NCBI GenBank assembly: GCA_965662645.1
Contig: CBFIII010000001.1
Span: forward strand, 175,750 to 239,749
Direction: 5' to 3'
Length of the DNA stretch: 64,000 nucleotides
DNA from: Bacteroidales bacterium
Lineage (GTDB): Bacteria > Bacteroidota > Bacteroidia > Bacteroidales > UBA5342
Made by a program: the position numbers and the translations under genes. This document shows positions 55,897-64,000 of this stretch, piece after piece. The notes beneath the pieces are model-generated. The model was given only the letters and a program-made list of their open reading frames with translations. It had not been told where the DNA came from and made no database searches. The first letter of the stretch is position 1; every line of letters starts with the position of its first letter.

Positions 55897-56319
55897 GTGG
55901 TTCTAGTTCTTCTTTATTTTAGTGAAATAAAAAGGTGAATCGGCATTGAAATGTAAAATTTGTTCTTTTACTGTAAGTGTGGGTATTTTTTAACATTTAT
56001 GTGCAATTGCCCTGCAAAAGTAATGTTTTTACTTCCAGAAGTTGTTTAAAGTCCAATTTTCTGTCCTCGTTCACCCTTTTTTGTAGACAACTTTAATCAA
56101 TTTCTCACCTTGTATTTCAAATGTAAAACTAAATAGAACGTGTTTCTATATCTGTTGAGAATGATTATAAAAATGTGTTATTCATAGAATTAAAAAGCTT
56201 TACGCAAATAGAATGTTAGTTTTGTTCATTTTTGAAGTGGTGCTTGTAATGAGAGCTGTCGTGTTTATATAATATGACGTATTGTAAAATATCATCTAAA
56301 AAACGTTTACTTTTGCACT

Positions 56320-56934
56320 ATGTTTATTAAAATCTATGATGAGTCGCCTAATGTGAGTGATGTTTCCTCTGTTGTGGCGTGTATAGATAAAGGAGGTATT
56401 GTAATTTTACCTACAGATACTATTTATTCTATGGTGTGTAAATTAAGTTCTAAAAAAGGATTTGATACATTGTGTAGGATAAAAGGATTGACGGCAAAAA
56501 ATGCTGACTTTTCTATTTTGTGTGCTTCTATTAGTGAATTGTCGTCTTATACACGTCCTATTAACAATGTTGTTTTTAGAATGTTAAAGAAGAATTTGCC
56601 TGGTCCTTTTACTTTTATCTTTGAGGCGAGTAGTAAAATCCCTAAACTTTTTGGAAATAAACGTAAGACCATTGGCATTAGAGTGCCTGATAATGCTATT
56701 TTTCAGGCTATTTCTCAACGTTTAGATGAACCTTTAATTGGAACTTCTATTCACGATGATGATGCTATTATTGAATATACGACCGATCCCGAATTGATTT
56801 ATGAAAAATATGAATCTCAAATTGATATGATGGTTAATGGTGGATTTGGTAATAATGTAGCTTCTACTGTTGTGGATTGTACCGAACAACCGCCTATTAT
56901 TTTACGTCAAGGTATTGGCCAATTAGAGCTCTAA
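56320..56934 (+). CDS. tsaC: L-threonylcarbamoyladenylate synthase (YrdC/Sua5 family, single domain)
   Basis: PTDTIY, LPGPFTFI, IGIRVPD and the STVVD...I.R.G pattern of the YrdC fold; 204 aa. Confidence 0.8.
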   Translation: MFIKIYDESPNVSDVSSVVACIDKGGIVILPTDTIYSMVCKLSSKKGFDTLCRIKGLTAKNADFSILCASISELSSYTRPINNVVFRMLKKNLPGPFTFIFEASSKIPKLFGNKRKTIGIRVPDNAIFQAISQRLDEPLIGTSIHDDDAIIEYTTDPELIYEKYESQIDMMVNGGFGNNVASTVVDCTEQPPIILRQGIGQLEL

Positions 56935-57341
56935 TCCCGTATTGTGTGTTTTGCTCTTCTCCGTTTGTTACGAAAAAAGGATTTTGACTTGAGACTGTGC
57001 TTTGGTAAAAAAATGGTTTCGTCAGTATAATATCCTTTGTGTTTGATAGGGATAGAAATGAATTATTTCTAATGAAAGGGTATAATGAGGCACTCTTGTT
57101 TTGAGTTAATAGGTGATGTAAATGCCTGTAATTTAAACTACAAACTTCAAAGCTATTATTCCATTCAAGACAAGAATGATATCAACATCTTCTTTTTAAC
57201 TGTGTGTAGGGGGTAAAAGTGTTATTCCTTACATCACAAGAAAAAAAGAAAGAGTGTTAATGTCAAAAATACGATTAAGCGGTATGATATAGTCTTTGTT
57301 TTTTCGCAAAGATTAAACCGGATAGAACTGTTAAGTCAACA

Positions 57342-57428
57342 ACCTCGGGGCAAGCTCACGAGGCATTTAGTTTAAGAACATTTTATTATGCGCAGCAAGC
57401 TACGGAAAAACTAAACTCAAAATGTGGG
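57342..57428 (-). repeat. dispersed intergenic repeat, copy c (most diverged, same architecture)
   Basis: CCTCG..GCTTGC..CGAGG hairpin, AT-rich spacer, GCAGCAAGCTAC hairpin, terminal CAAAATGTGGGA as in copy b (CACAATGTGGGA). It lies directly 3' of ribBA. Confidence 0.55.
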
Positions 57429-57429
57429 A

Positions 57430-58632
57430 TTAAATATTATCTAATTGGTGTCCCATACGTTCTTGTTTTGTTTTCATATAGAAGGCATTGTATTTATTGG
57501 TTTTTATTTCAATAGTTACGTTTTCTACTACTGTTAAGCCATAAGCTTCTAGGCCAATACGTTTTTTAGGATTGTTGCTCATCAATCGCATCTTAGATAC
57601 GCCTAGGCTTCGTAATATCTGAGCGCCTACACCATAGTCACGTTCGTCCGGTTTGAATCCTAAGTGGACGTTAGCGTCCACAGTGTCAAGGCCTTCTTCT
57701 TGTAATTTATAGGCTTCCATTTTTGCCATAAGACCTATGCCGCGTCCTTCTTGATTCATATAGACGATGACGCCCTTGCCTTCTTTTTCTACCTTTTGCA
57801 TAGCTGCATGAAGTTGTTCACCACATTCGCAACGTAAAGAACCAAAGATATCTCCTGTAGCACAAGATGAATGTACTCTTACCAGTACGGGCTCATCTTT
57901 TTCCCATTCTCCTTTTATTAAGGCTACGTGTTCTAGTCCGTTAGATTTTTGTTTGAAGGGTATTAATCGAAAATGACCATAAGCTGTCGGTAATTTGACT
58001 TCTGTGCCTCGTTCTATTAACGATTCTTCTTTTAAACGATAAGCTATAAGGTCTTTTACTGAAACCAGTTTTACATCAAATTTCTTAGCTAATTCTTCAA
58101 GTTGAGGAAGACGAGCCATAGAGCCATCTTCGTTAAGTATCTCGCATAATACACCTGAAGGATATAGTCCTGCTAGGCGCGCTAAATCAACGGATGCTTC
58201 GGTATGTCCAGCACGACGAATAACACCACGCGAACGTGCTTTTAATGGAAAGATGTGACCAGGACGGCCTAAATCTTCTGGTTTTGTTTTAGGGTCTGTT
58301 ATGGCTAATACCGTAAGAGCACGATCCGCAGCTGAAATACCTGTAGTGCATCCTTTACCTATTAGGTCAACAGATACCGTAAAGGGCGTTTCATGCAATG
58401 CTGTATTTTGTGGTACCATCATGCTTAGGTCTAATTCCTTTGTGCGTTCTTCTGTAATAGCACAGCATATTAATCCACGTGCATTAGTCGTTAAGAAATT
58501 AATTTTCTCAGTCGTAATGTGTTCCGAAGCAATAATAAAATCACCTTCATTTTCGCGGTTTTCATCGTCAACTACAATGACAAACTCTCCTTTCTTTATG
58601 GCTTCAATAGCCTCTTCTATGTTATTCAACAT
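57430..58632 (-). CDS. ribBA: bifunctional 3,4-dihydroxy-2-butanone-4-phosphate synthase / GTP cyclohydrolase II
   Basis: DDE.RENEGD (RibB) and RVHS.C.TGD.FGS.RC.CG.QL (RibA zinc site); 400 aa. Confidence 0.95.
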   Translation of the reverse strand: MLNNIEEAIEAIKKGEFVIVVDDENRENEGDFIIASEHITTEKINFLTTNARGLICCAITEERTKELDLSMMVPQNTALHETPFTVSVDLIGKGCTTGISAADRALTVLAITDPKTKPEDLGRPGHIFPLKARSRGVIRRAGHTEASVDLARLAGLYPSGVLCEILNEDGSMARLPQLEELAKKFDVKLVSVKDLIAYRLKEESLIERGTEVKLPTAYGHFRLIPFKQKSNGLEHVALIKGEWEKDEPVLVRVHSSCATGDIFGSLRCECGEQLHAAMQKVEKEGKGVIVYMNQEGRGIGLMAKMEAYKLQEEGLDTVDANVHLGFKPDERDYGVGAQILRSLGVSKMRLMSNNPKKRIGLEAYGLTVVENVTIEIKTNKYNAFYMKTKQERMGHQLDNI

Positions 58633-60070
58633 CTTTATTGTTGTTTTTTTTAATATTTTTGATTATCTTAAAGAATCTTCGATAAACATCTGCATCTAAA
58701 ATGGCTGAGTCATTGGCTGCTTTCCATGTGAGGAATCCTCCTACTAATAATAGTAATGTTGAGCTCATCCACATCCCAAACCAGATGGACGTGAAGCCTT
58801 CTGTGGCAAATTTATAACCAAAAGTATCCATGATATAATAGATCACAAAGAACAGAATGGATATGACTACTGGCATGCCAAAACCTCCTTTGCGGATGAT
58901 AGCTCCTAATGGTGCGCCGATAAAGAAAAAGACAAGGCATGCTATGGATAATGTAAACCGTCGGTGACGTTCTGCTTTGAATTGGTTCAAGGATAATTTA
59001 CGCCATTTTAGTCCTGATTTCGTTGATTCTAAATGGTTTTTTATCTTGGCAGCTTGTTCTTTTGATTTTGATAGAGCCAACATCTGATCTGAATAATTAC
59101 AGCTTAAGAATAAACTGTCGAGATCTACTTGTTGTGCTGTGTAATTTGAGTCTATTTTGTTGTAAAGATGACTGTCTAGATAGGTCGTTCTTGTGAGACG
59201 CTTATTAAGGCTGTTCCGTTGTATAGTATATATACTATCTGCATTATGTATGCTTATGGCTAATTTTTTTAAGTTTTGTCCTGTTCTGTTATTGCCATAC
59301 ATGTCGGCATCGGGACGTTTGTAATCTTCTTCTGATTTTATGATAGCAATTTGTTTGCTAAAATGGTCACGTCGATAAGATGCTTTTTTCTTGTCGTAGC
59401 GTTTCCCTTCTGTTTTTACTATGTCATAAGTGGAACCACTATACAGTGTGATGGTGGAATAACTGCGGTCTGGAGCGAAAACAATGGTGCCAGAGTCGGC
59501 TACTGTTACACTTCCCATCTCGGTTCTATCGCGATGATTATAAAGCATAATGTCGTAGAGCATACTTCCATCAGGCGCTTTCTTTCCTACTTTTATGGAC
59601 ATATTATCCATGCTGTAATCAAACACATTTTCTTTTAACGATAGTTCCGGTCGTTGGTGTTGTATTTCATTCATCAATGAACGTAATTCGTTCATTGAAT
59701 AGGGGAGTACATTATTTGCAAAAAAGTAGGCGCCAATACTAATAAATAGTACAAAGATAACGAGTGGACGCATTATTTTTGAGAGCGATACGCCAGCTGC
59801 TTTTATTGATAATAGTTCCAGACGTTCTCCTAAATTACCAAATGTCATTAATGAGGCAAGTAAGATGGCTAGTGGTAAAGCTAGTGGTACCAAGGTGAGC
59901 ATGGAATATCCAAAAAATTCCATTAAAGTATGAAAGTCTAATCCTTTGCCCACGATATCTTCCATATATCTCCATAAAAATTGCATCAATAATACAAATA
60001 GAGAGACTACGAAAGTAGCTAATAGTGGAGAAACAAAGAGTTTGAAAACGTAACGATATATTTTTTTCAT
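58622..60070 (-). CDS. LptF/LptG-family (YjgP/YjgQ) permease
   Basis: N-terminal 3 TM helices ([17 protein letters not shown]...), a large periplasmic beta-jellyroll-like insert and C-terminal 3 TM helices. It overlaps the ribBA start by 11 nt. Confidence 0.75.
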   Translation of the reverse strand: MKKIYRYVFKLFVSPLLATFVVSLFVLLMQFLWRYMEDIVGKGLDFHTLMEFFGYSMLTLVPLALPLAILLASLMTFGNLGERLELLSIKAAGVSLSKIMRPLVIFVLFISIGAYFFANNVLPYSMNELRSLMNEIQHQRPELSLKENVFDYSMDNMSIKVGKKAPDGSMLYDIMLYNHRDRTEMGSVTVADSGTIVFAPDRSYSTITLYSGSTYDIVKTEGKRYDKKKASYRRDHFSKQIAIIKSEEDYKRPDADMYGNNRTGQNLKKLAISIHNADSIYTIQRNSLNKRLTRTTYLDSHLYNKIDSNYTAQQVDLDSLFLSCNYSDQMLALSKSKEQAAKIKNHLESTKSGLKWRKLSLNQFKAERHRRFTLSIACLVFFFIGAPLGAIIRKGGFGMPVVISILFFVIYYIMDTFGYKFATEGFTSIWFGMWMSSTLLLLVGGFLTWKAANDSAILDADVYRRFFKIIKNIKKNNNKDVE

Positions 60071-60185
60071 AGTGTACTAAAAAGTCTTTTTTTGAGTCTT
60101 CTTTTTCGCTTAATCAATATTCATTTTTTCCTAAATCCGCTTTTAGGTTTGCAAAAGTACTCAAATATTATATATCCTATTCATT

Positions 60186-60779
60186 TTATGTGATTTCTAT
60201 CGTCACAAATGATTTAGGTTGGTGGAAATCAGGTTGCTGTGTTTTTATTCTACTGTAAGAAACATAATGTTTACAAGCCGTTTTATCTCCACATTTGTAG
60301 AAGTTTGCCTTGTAACATTGTCCTCTTGTGATGCCGATGATATCAAATGGTATGCCAAGGCTGAGTTGCCAATGGTAACGCTCGTGGTGATAATCAATAG
60401 CGTATGTTTCTCGTTTTATTTGTTTTAGCTCTTCTGTTTTTAACGGTATTCTGTTGTATCTGTCTTTCCCTTTATACGATAATAAGGTGCCAAGGGCGTT
60501 GATTTCAAAATTATAATATTCTTTGTTATTGGGTGAGATGAAAAATTCTACACAGCTGTCTTCATATACTGGGGATTGGTCTGTTTTGTAATCGGCTTTT
60601 ACCGGATAGTTTTCTATCACATTAAAATGGATATAAAGGCATTCATTTTGATGTGTGATAGAAAATTTCACTTCTGGTCGATACGGATAGGTTTCCCAGT
60701 TAATGATTTCTAAGGCATGCTTTTCGCAATGGTCTGTTTCTAAGTTCGGTGTCTCTCTAACAATGATGGTGTTATTCAT
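60186..60779 (-). CDS. carbohydrate-binding family 9-like (CBM9_2-type) protein
   Basis: DSCVEFFISP..KEYYNFEINALGT....NFYKCGDK......SYS.I....PDFH.P..F pattern, as remembered for the CBM9-like family. Its ATG shares one base with the proA stop (TAATG). Confidence 0.5.
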   Translation of the reverse strand: MNNTIIVRETPNLETDHCEKHALEIINWETYPYRPEVKFSITHQNECLYIHFNVIENYPVKADYKTDQSPVYEDSCVEFFISPNNKEYYNFEINALGTLLSYKGKDRYNRIPLKTEELKQIKRETYAIDYHHERYHWQLSLGIPFDIIGITRGQCYKANFYKCGDKTACKHYVSYSRIKTQQPDFHQPKSFVTIEIT

Positions 60780-62026
60780 TATGAACGGATGATGCCATTA
60801 CCACTAATAACCCATTTATAACTTGTTAATTCTTCTAATGCCATAGGTCCTCGAGCATGTAATTTCTGTGTGCTGATGCCTATCTCGGCTCCTAAGCCAA
60901 ATTGTGCACCATCAGTGAAAGCAGTTGATACATTGGAATAAACGGCCGCTGCATCTACAATTTTGAGGAATGTTTCTATTTTTTCTTCGTTTTCACTAAC
61001 AATACATTCGCTGTGTTTAGAGCTATATGTGTTGATGTGATCTATGGCGTCTTCAAAATGATTTACTGTTTTTATAGACATTTTATAAGCTAAAAATTCA
61101 GTACCAAAACTGTCTGCTGTTGCTGGTTTTAATAAAGCGTCAGGATAATGACCTTGTAAGGCTGAATAAGCTTTTTCGTCAGCAAATATCTCAACATTAG
61201 ATGTGGTTAGTAAACTACATAATTGGGGTAAGTCGTTCAAGCGACTTTTGTGTATGATAAGACAATCTAAAGAGTTGCATACGCTGGGGCGACGTGTCTT
61301 GGCATTATTAATAATAGCTTTCCCTTTGTTGGTATCTCCGTTTTTGTCAAAATAAGTATGGCAAATGCCTGCGCCTGTCTCTATGACGGGTATTTTAGCA
61401 TTTTCTCGGACGTAATTAATGAGTCCTTGACTTCCGCGTGGTATAAGCAAATCGACATAACCACGTGCATTGAGCAGTTCTGCGGTAGCTGAACGATCTG
61501 GAGGTAATAATTGAATAATGTCTTCATTCATGCCTTCGTTGACTAATGTTTCTTTTATAACTTTAACGATGGCTGCATTAGAATTGGCTGCATCACTTCC
61601 TCCTTTTAACACACAGGTGTTGCTTGATTTCAAACATAAAGAAAAGACATCAAATGATACGTTTGGGCGGGCTTCATAAATAACACCTATTACGCCAAAA
61701 GGAACCGTTAGTTTTTTGATATTCATCCCGTTGGGGCGATCAATTTCTGTAAGTTTCCTTCCTACTGGAGAAGGGAGCTTTGCTACATTTCGTATGTCTG
61801 ATGCAATGTCGGTAATGCGTTCTTTAGTTAATAAAAGACGGTCGTATTTGGGATCGCTTTCATTCATTTGAGAGAGGTCTTTTTTATTCTCGGCTAGAAT
61901 AAAACACGTATTGGCTTCAGCAGCAATGGCAAGAGCGTTTAGTACTTGATTGATTTTTTTATCTGAAAGCAATAAAAGGGTTCGGCTTGCTTTTTGTATC
62001 GCTTTAAATTGTGAAATACAGCTCAT
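60779..62026 (-). CDS. proA: glutamate-5-semialdehyde dehydrogenase (gamma-glutamyl phosphate reductase)
   Basis: 415 aa. [15 protein letters not shown], LKGG.. and the C-terminal HARGPM...LT..KW pattern. Confidence 0.9.
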   Translation of the reverse strand: MSCISQFKAIQKASRTLLLLSDKKINQVLNALAIAAEANTCFILAENKKDLSQMNESDPKYDRLLLTKERITDIASDIRNVAKLPSPVGRKLTEIDRPNGMNIKKLTVPFGVIGVIYEARPNVSFDVFSLCLKSSNTCVLKGGSDAANSNAAIVKVIKETLVNEGMNEDIIQLLPPDRSATAELLNARGYVDLLIPRGSQGLINYVRENAKIPVIETGAGICHTYFDKNGDTNKGKAIINNAKTRRPSVCNSLDCLIIHKSRLNDLPQLCSLLTTSNVEIFADEKAYSALQGHYPDALLKPATADSFGTEFLAYKMSIKTVNHFEDAIDHINTYSSKHSECIVSENEEKIETFLKIVDAAAVYSNVSTAFTDGAQFGLGAEIGISTQKLHARGPMALEELTSYKWVISGNGIIRS

Positions 62027-62134
62027 AGTATTGTTATTTTTTATATTTTGTGAAGTGTTGCAAATTTACTAAAAATAGCTTTCACTATTGTTTTGTTATC
62101 AAAAGTATAATAGCATAATGTTGAAATATTTTAA

Positions 62135-62668
62135 TTGATTACCTTTGTGCCTGTGAAAACATTTATAAAAAGTAATTCCTTTATTGGTTTGTTGCTCATT
62201 CTTGTTGGTTTCTTGTCTGCTTGTGTCGAAGATGATACGTGTGGTGAGAATACCATAAGTGGTGTGATGGTAGCTATTGCTAATAGTGGGAGTGATAGCA
62301 GTACTGATACCGATACTTTGAATGAGAAATCGGTGACTAATTGGAAAATTTGTCCAATTAATGATACTATTTCTTTTACGTCGATGGATACTTCTTATAC
62401 GTCAGGTATTCCTCTTAATATCAATGATACTAGTGTGGCAGTGGTTTTTATGATTCGTGATAATGAGGACGAAGATTATATTAATGATACGTTGCATCTT
62501 TTTTATCATCAAAAGGAATTGAAATTAATATCAATGCAATGTGGTTTTGCTCCTTTGTATGAATTGTCGGGGTTAGATCATACGCTTCATGTCTTGGATT
62601 CTGTGGTGTTAAACGAAATAGAAGTTAGTACGGACTTAATGATAGATAATGTTACGTTATATTATTAG
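62135..62668 (+). CDS. hypothetical lipoprotein
   Basis: Signal peptide with lipobox (LVGFLSAC). The ORF-track start is a TTG; the GTG at 62153 is an alternative. No recognisable domain. Confidence 0.45.
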   Translation: MITFVPVKTFIKSNSFIGLLLILVGFLSACVEDDTCGENTISGVMVAIANSGSDSSTDTDTLNEKSVTNWKICPINDTISFTSMDTSYTSGIPLNINDTSVAVVFMIRDNEDEDYINDTLHLFYHQKELKLISMQCGFAPLYELSGLDHTLHVLDSVVLNEIEVSTDLMIDNVTLYY

Positions 62669-63335
62669 TATTATATTATTGTCCTGTGCTATAATGACGC
62701 AGGCTCAGCTTTTTAAACCTATAGAGCCGGGACGTCAACAGATGTTGCGTATTAGTATAGATCCTACTTTGTCCTTAAAGTCTTTTCTTCAAGAGCCTGA
62801 TATCTTTGGTTTTGAATCTACCGTAGATATGGAGGTGAAACAGAATCTTTTTCTTATTGCTGGTTTTGGTATGGCTGATGTTGACCAAACATCGGACCTT
62901 TTTGCATATAAGTGTAATGGTATGTTTATGACTTTAGGAGCTGATCTTAATTTGACAGCCTATCGTGATCCTCAGGATAGACATATTTTTTATATGGGTA
63001 TGCATTATGGGTATGCTTTAGTTTCACATGAGGCTTCTGATATTAATTTTTCCAATCATTGGGTTACTACTGAGTTATCTGTTCCGTCTGAAAATAGAAC
63101 GGCATCGTGGGTGGAATTAACGATGGGGATAAAAACTGAAGCTTTTAATAACTTTTTTATCGGTTGGTCTGGTGAGTCTAAAATAAGAACTCATTTATCT
63201 GATGGTGAGATGTTGCCGTATTATATACCGGGGTTTGGTAAAACAACTAAAAGAGTATCTCTCGATTTTAATATTTGGGTGAGTTATGCAATTAGCTTTA
63301 AGCCTAAGAAGAAAAAAATAGAAGAAGAGGAATAA
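62649..63335 (+). CDS. hypothetical secreted/outer-membrane protein (beta-rich, Lys/Glu tail)
   Basis: Signal peptide (LLSCAIMTQAQ) and an alternating hydrophobic beta-strand pattern. It overlaps the upstream lipoprotein gene by 20 nt. Confidence 0.45.
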   Translation: MLRYIISIILLSCAIMTQAQLFKPIEPGRQQMLRISIDPTLSLKSFLQEPDIFGFESTVDMEVKQNLFLIAGFGMADVDQTSDLFAYKCNGMFMTLGADLNLTAYRDPQDRHIFYMGMHYGYALVSHEASDINFSNHWVTTELSVPSENRTASWVELTMGIKTEAFNNFFIGWSGESKIRTHLSDGEMLPYYIPGFGKTTKRVSLDFNIWVSYAISFKPKKKKIEEEE

Positions 63336-63347
63336 TATTATCGGATT

Positions 63348-64000
63348 ATGGCTAATATACTTTGTATTGATACATCTACAGATATTTGTTCTGTTATTTT
63401 AGGAAATGAAGAAGGTGTGCTTTTTCAGCGCGTTTCTTATGAAGAAAGAGAACATTCTAAGATAGCTGGTGTATTTGTGGACGAGATTTTAAAGGAAGCT
63501 TCGGCAAAAGGGATGGATAAACCTGATGCTGTTGCGGTGTGTTCTGGCCCTGGATCTTACACGGGTCTGCGTATTGGAGTCTCTTTAGCTAAAGGCTTGT
63601 GTTTTGGTTATGATATCCCTTTGATTGCGATTGATTCTCTTCATATTATGGTATCTGAAATGCTTGCCCATCACAAGGACATAGAAGAAAATGCGGTTTT
63701 GTGTCCTATGATTGATGCGCGACGTATGGAAGTCTATTCTTCTTTGTGGAATGGTAATGGTGAACTTATAGGACAGCCAGAAGCGGTTATTGTTGACGAA
63801 AATAGTTATGCTGATTATCTTGATAAACCGTTTTATTATTTTGGTACAGGTGCAGAGAAATGCGTAGAAGTGCTTAAATGTGATAATGCTAAATTTATTC
63901 CGGGCTTGGCTCCAATGGCTACTTATTTGTTGCAACCAGCGTTGGACGCTTACCATAAGTCACAATTTGAAGATGTTGCTTATTTTGAACCTTTCTATCT
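63348..64000 (+). CDS. tsaB: tRNA threonylcarbamoyladenosine biosynthesis protein TsaB (3'-truncated by the window edge)
   Basis: This ORF is missing from the supplied ORF track because there is no stop codon in the window. My manual translation gives MANILCIDTSTDICSVIL...AVAVCSGPGSYTGLRIGVSLAKGL...PMIDARRMEVY, the YeaZ/TsaB signature. Confidence 0.85.
   Translation, partial: MANILCIDTSTDICSVILGNEEGVLFQRVSYEEREHSKIAGVFVDEILKEASAKGMDKPDAVAVCSGPGSYTGLRIGVSLAKGLCFGYDIPLIAIDSLHIMVSEMLAHHKDIEENAVLCPMIDARRMEVYSSLWNGNGELIGQPEAVIVDENSYADYLDKPFYYFGTGAEKCVEVLKCDNAKFIPGLAPMATYLLQPALDAYHKSQFEDVAYFEPFY

Noticed and set aside
56308-56315. TACTTTTG as a promoter -7 box for tsaC
   Set aside because: It ends only 4 nt before the ATG at 56320, so the predicted transcription start would fall at or beyond the start codon. 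The geometry does not fit.
58633-58700. Expected FMN (RFN) riboswitch upstream of ribBA
   Set aside because: The ribBA start overlaps the 3' end of the LptF/G-family gene by 11 nt, so there is no leader in which a riboswitch could sit.
1-64000. CRISPR arrays, rRNA, tRNA, tmRNA and RNase P RNA
   Set aside because: I found no regularly spaced direct repeats and no conserved cores of the kind I would recognise (for example GAGGAAAGTCC for RNase P, or tRNA T-loops with matching stems) while reading the intergenic regions. A covariance-model scan would be needed to exclude small RNAs formally.

Overview
This looks like a chromosomal segment from an AT-rich Bacteroidota genome. The evidence is type IX secretion (T9SS) components and C-terminal sorting domains, a type III glutamine synthetase, TAnnTTTG-type promoter boxes, little Shine-Dalgarno signal, and MacB/FtsX-type efflux genes. 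Most of the window is tightly packed housekeeping:
- menA-menC-menE plus a U32 protein
- prmA, nusB, gltX, dtd, aroA, rsmG, rpe, folD, ffh, rnhB, tsaC, ribBA
- an LptF/G-family permease, proA, and tsaB (partial at the 3' edge)
- a five-gene ABC/MFP/TolC efflux operon
- a LytTR two-component pair
- several peptidases, one of them a T9SS-sorted papain-like protease next to porQ

I saw no rRNA, tRNA or CRISPR array.

The clearest accessory region is about 36.6-41.8 kb. It holds a 1081-aa T9SS-sorted cadherin-repeat surface protein that contains a recent 1056-nt internal tandem duplication. The duplication carries an unassigned module of about 150 aa. The gene sits between two long non-coding stretches filled with REP-like GC-rich hairpin repeats, and a C-terminal relic of a REP-associated (IS200-like Y1) transposase lies just downstream.

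Other points worth a second look:
- a dispersed intergenic repeat of about 80 nt with CUUG-tetraloop hairpins (4 copies)
- a compact operon of an orphan ABC ATPase, a SHOCT/DUF4870 membrane protein and an ATP-grasp-like protein
- an ECF sigma, small membrane protein and frameshifted 2x[4Fe-4S] ferredoxin cluster
- a LytS-type histidine kinase whose only extracytoplasmic loop is a Pro/Arg/Gly/Asn-rich decapeptide repeat
- an 860-bp AT-rich gene-free gap

All family assignments come from motif recognition by eye. No database search was run.
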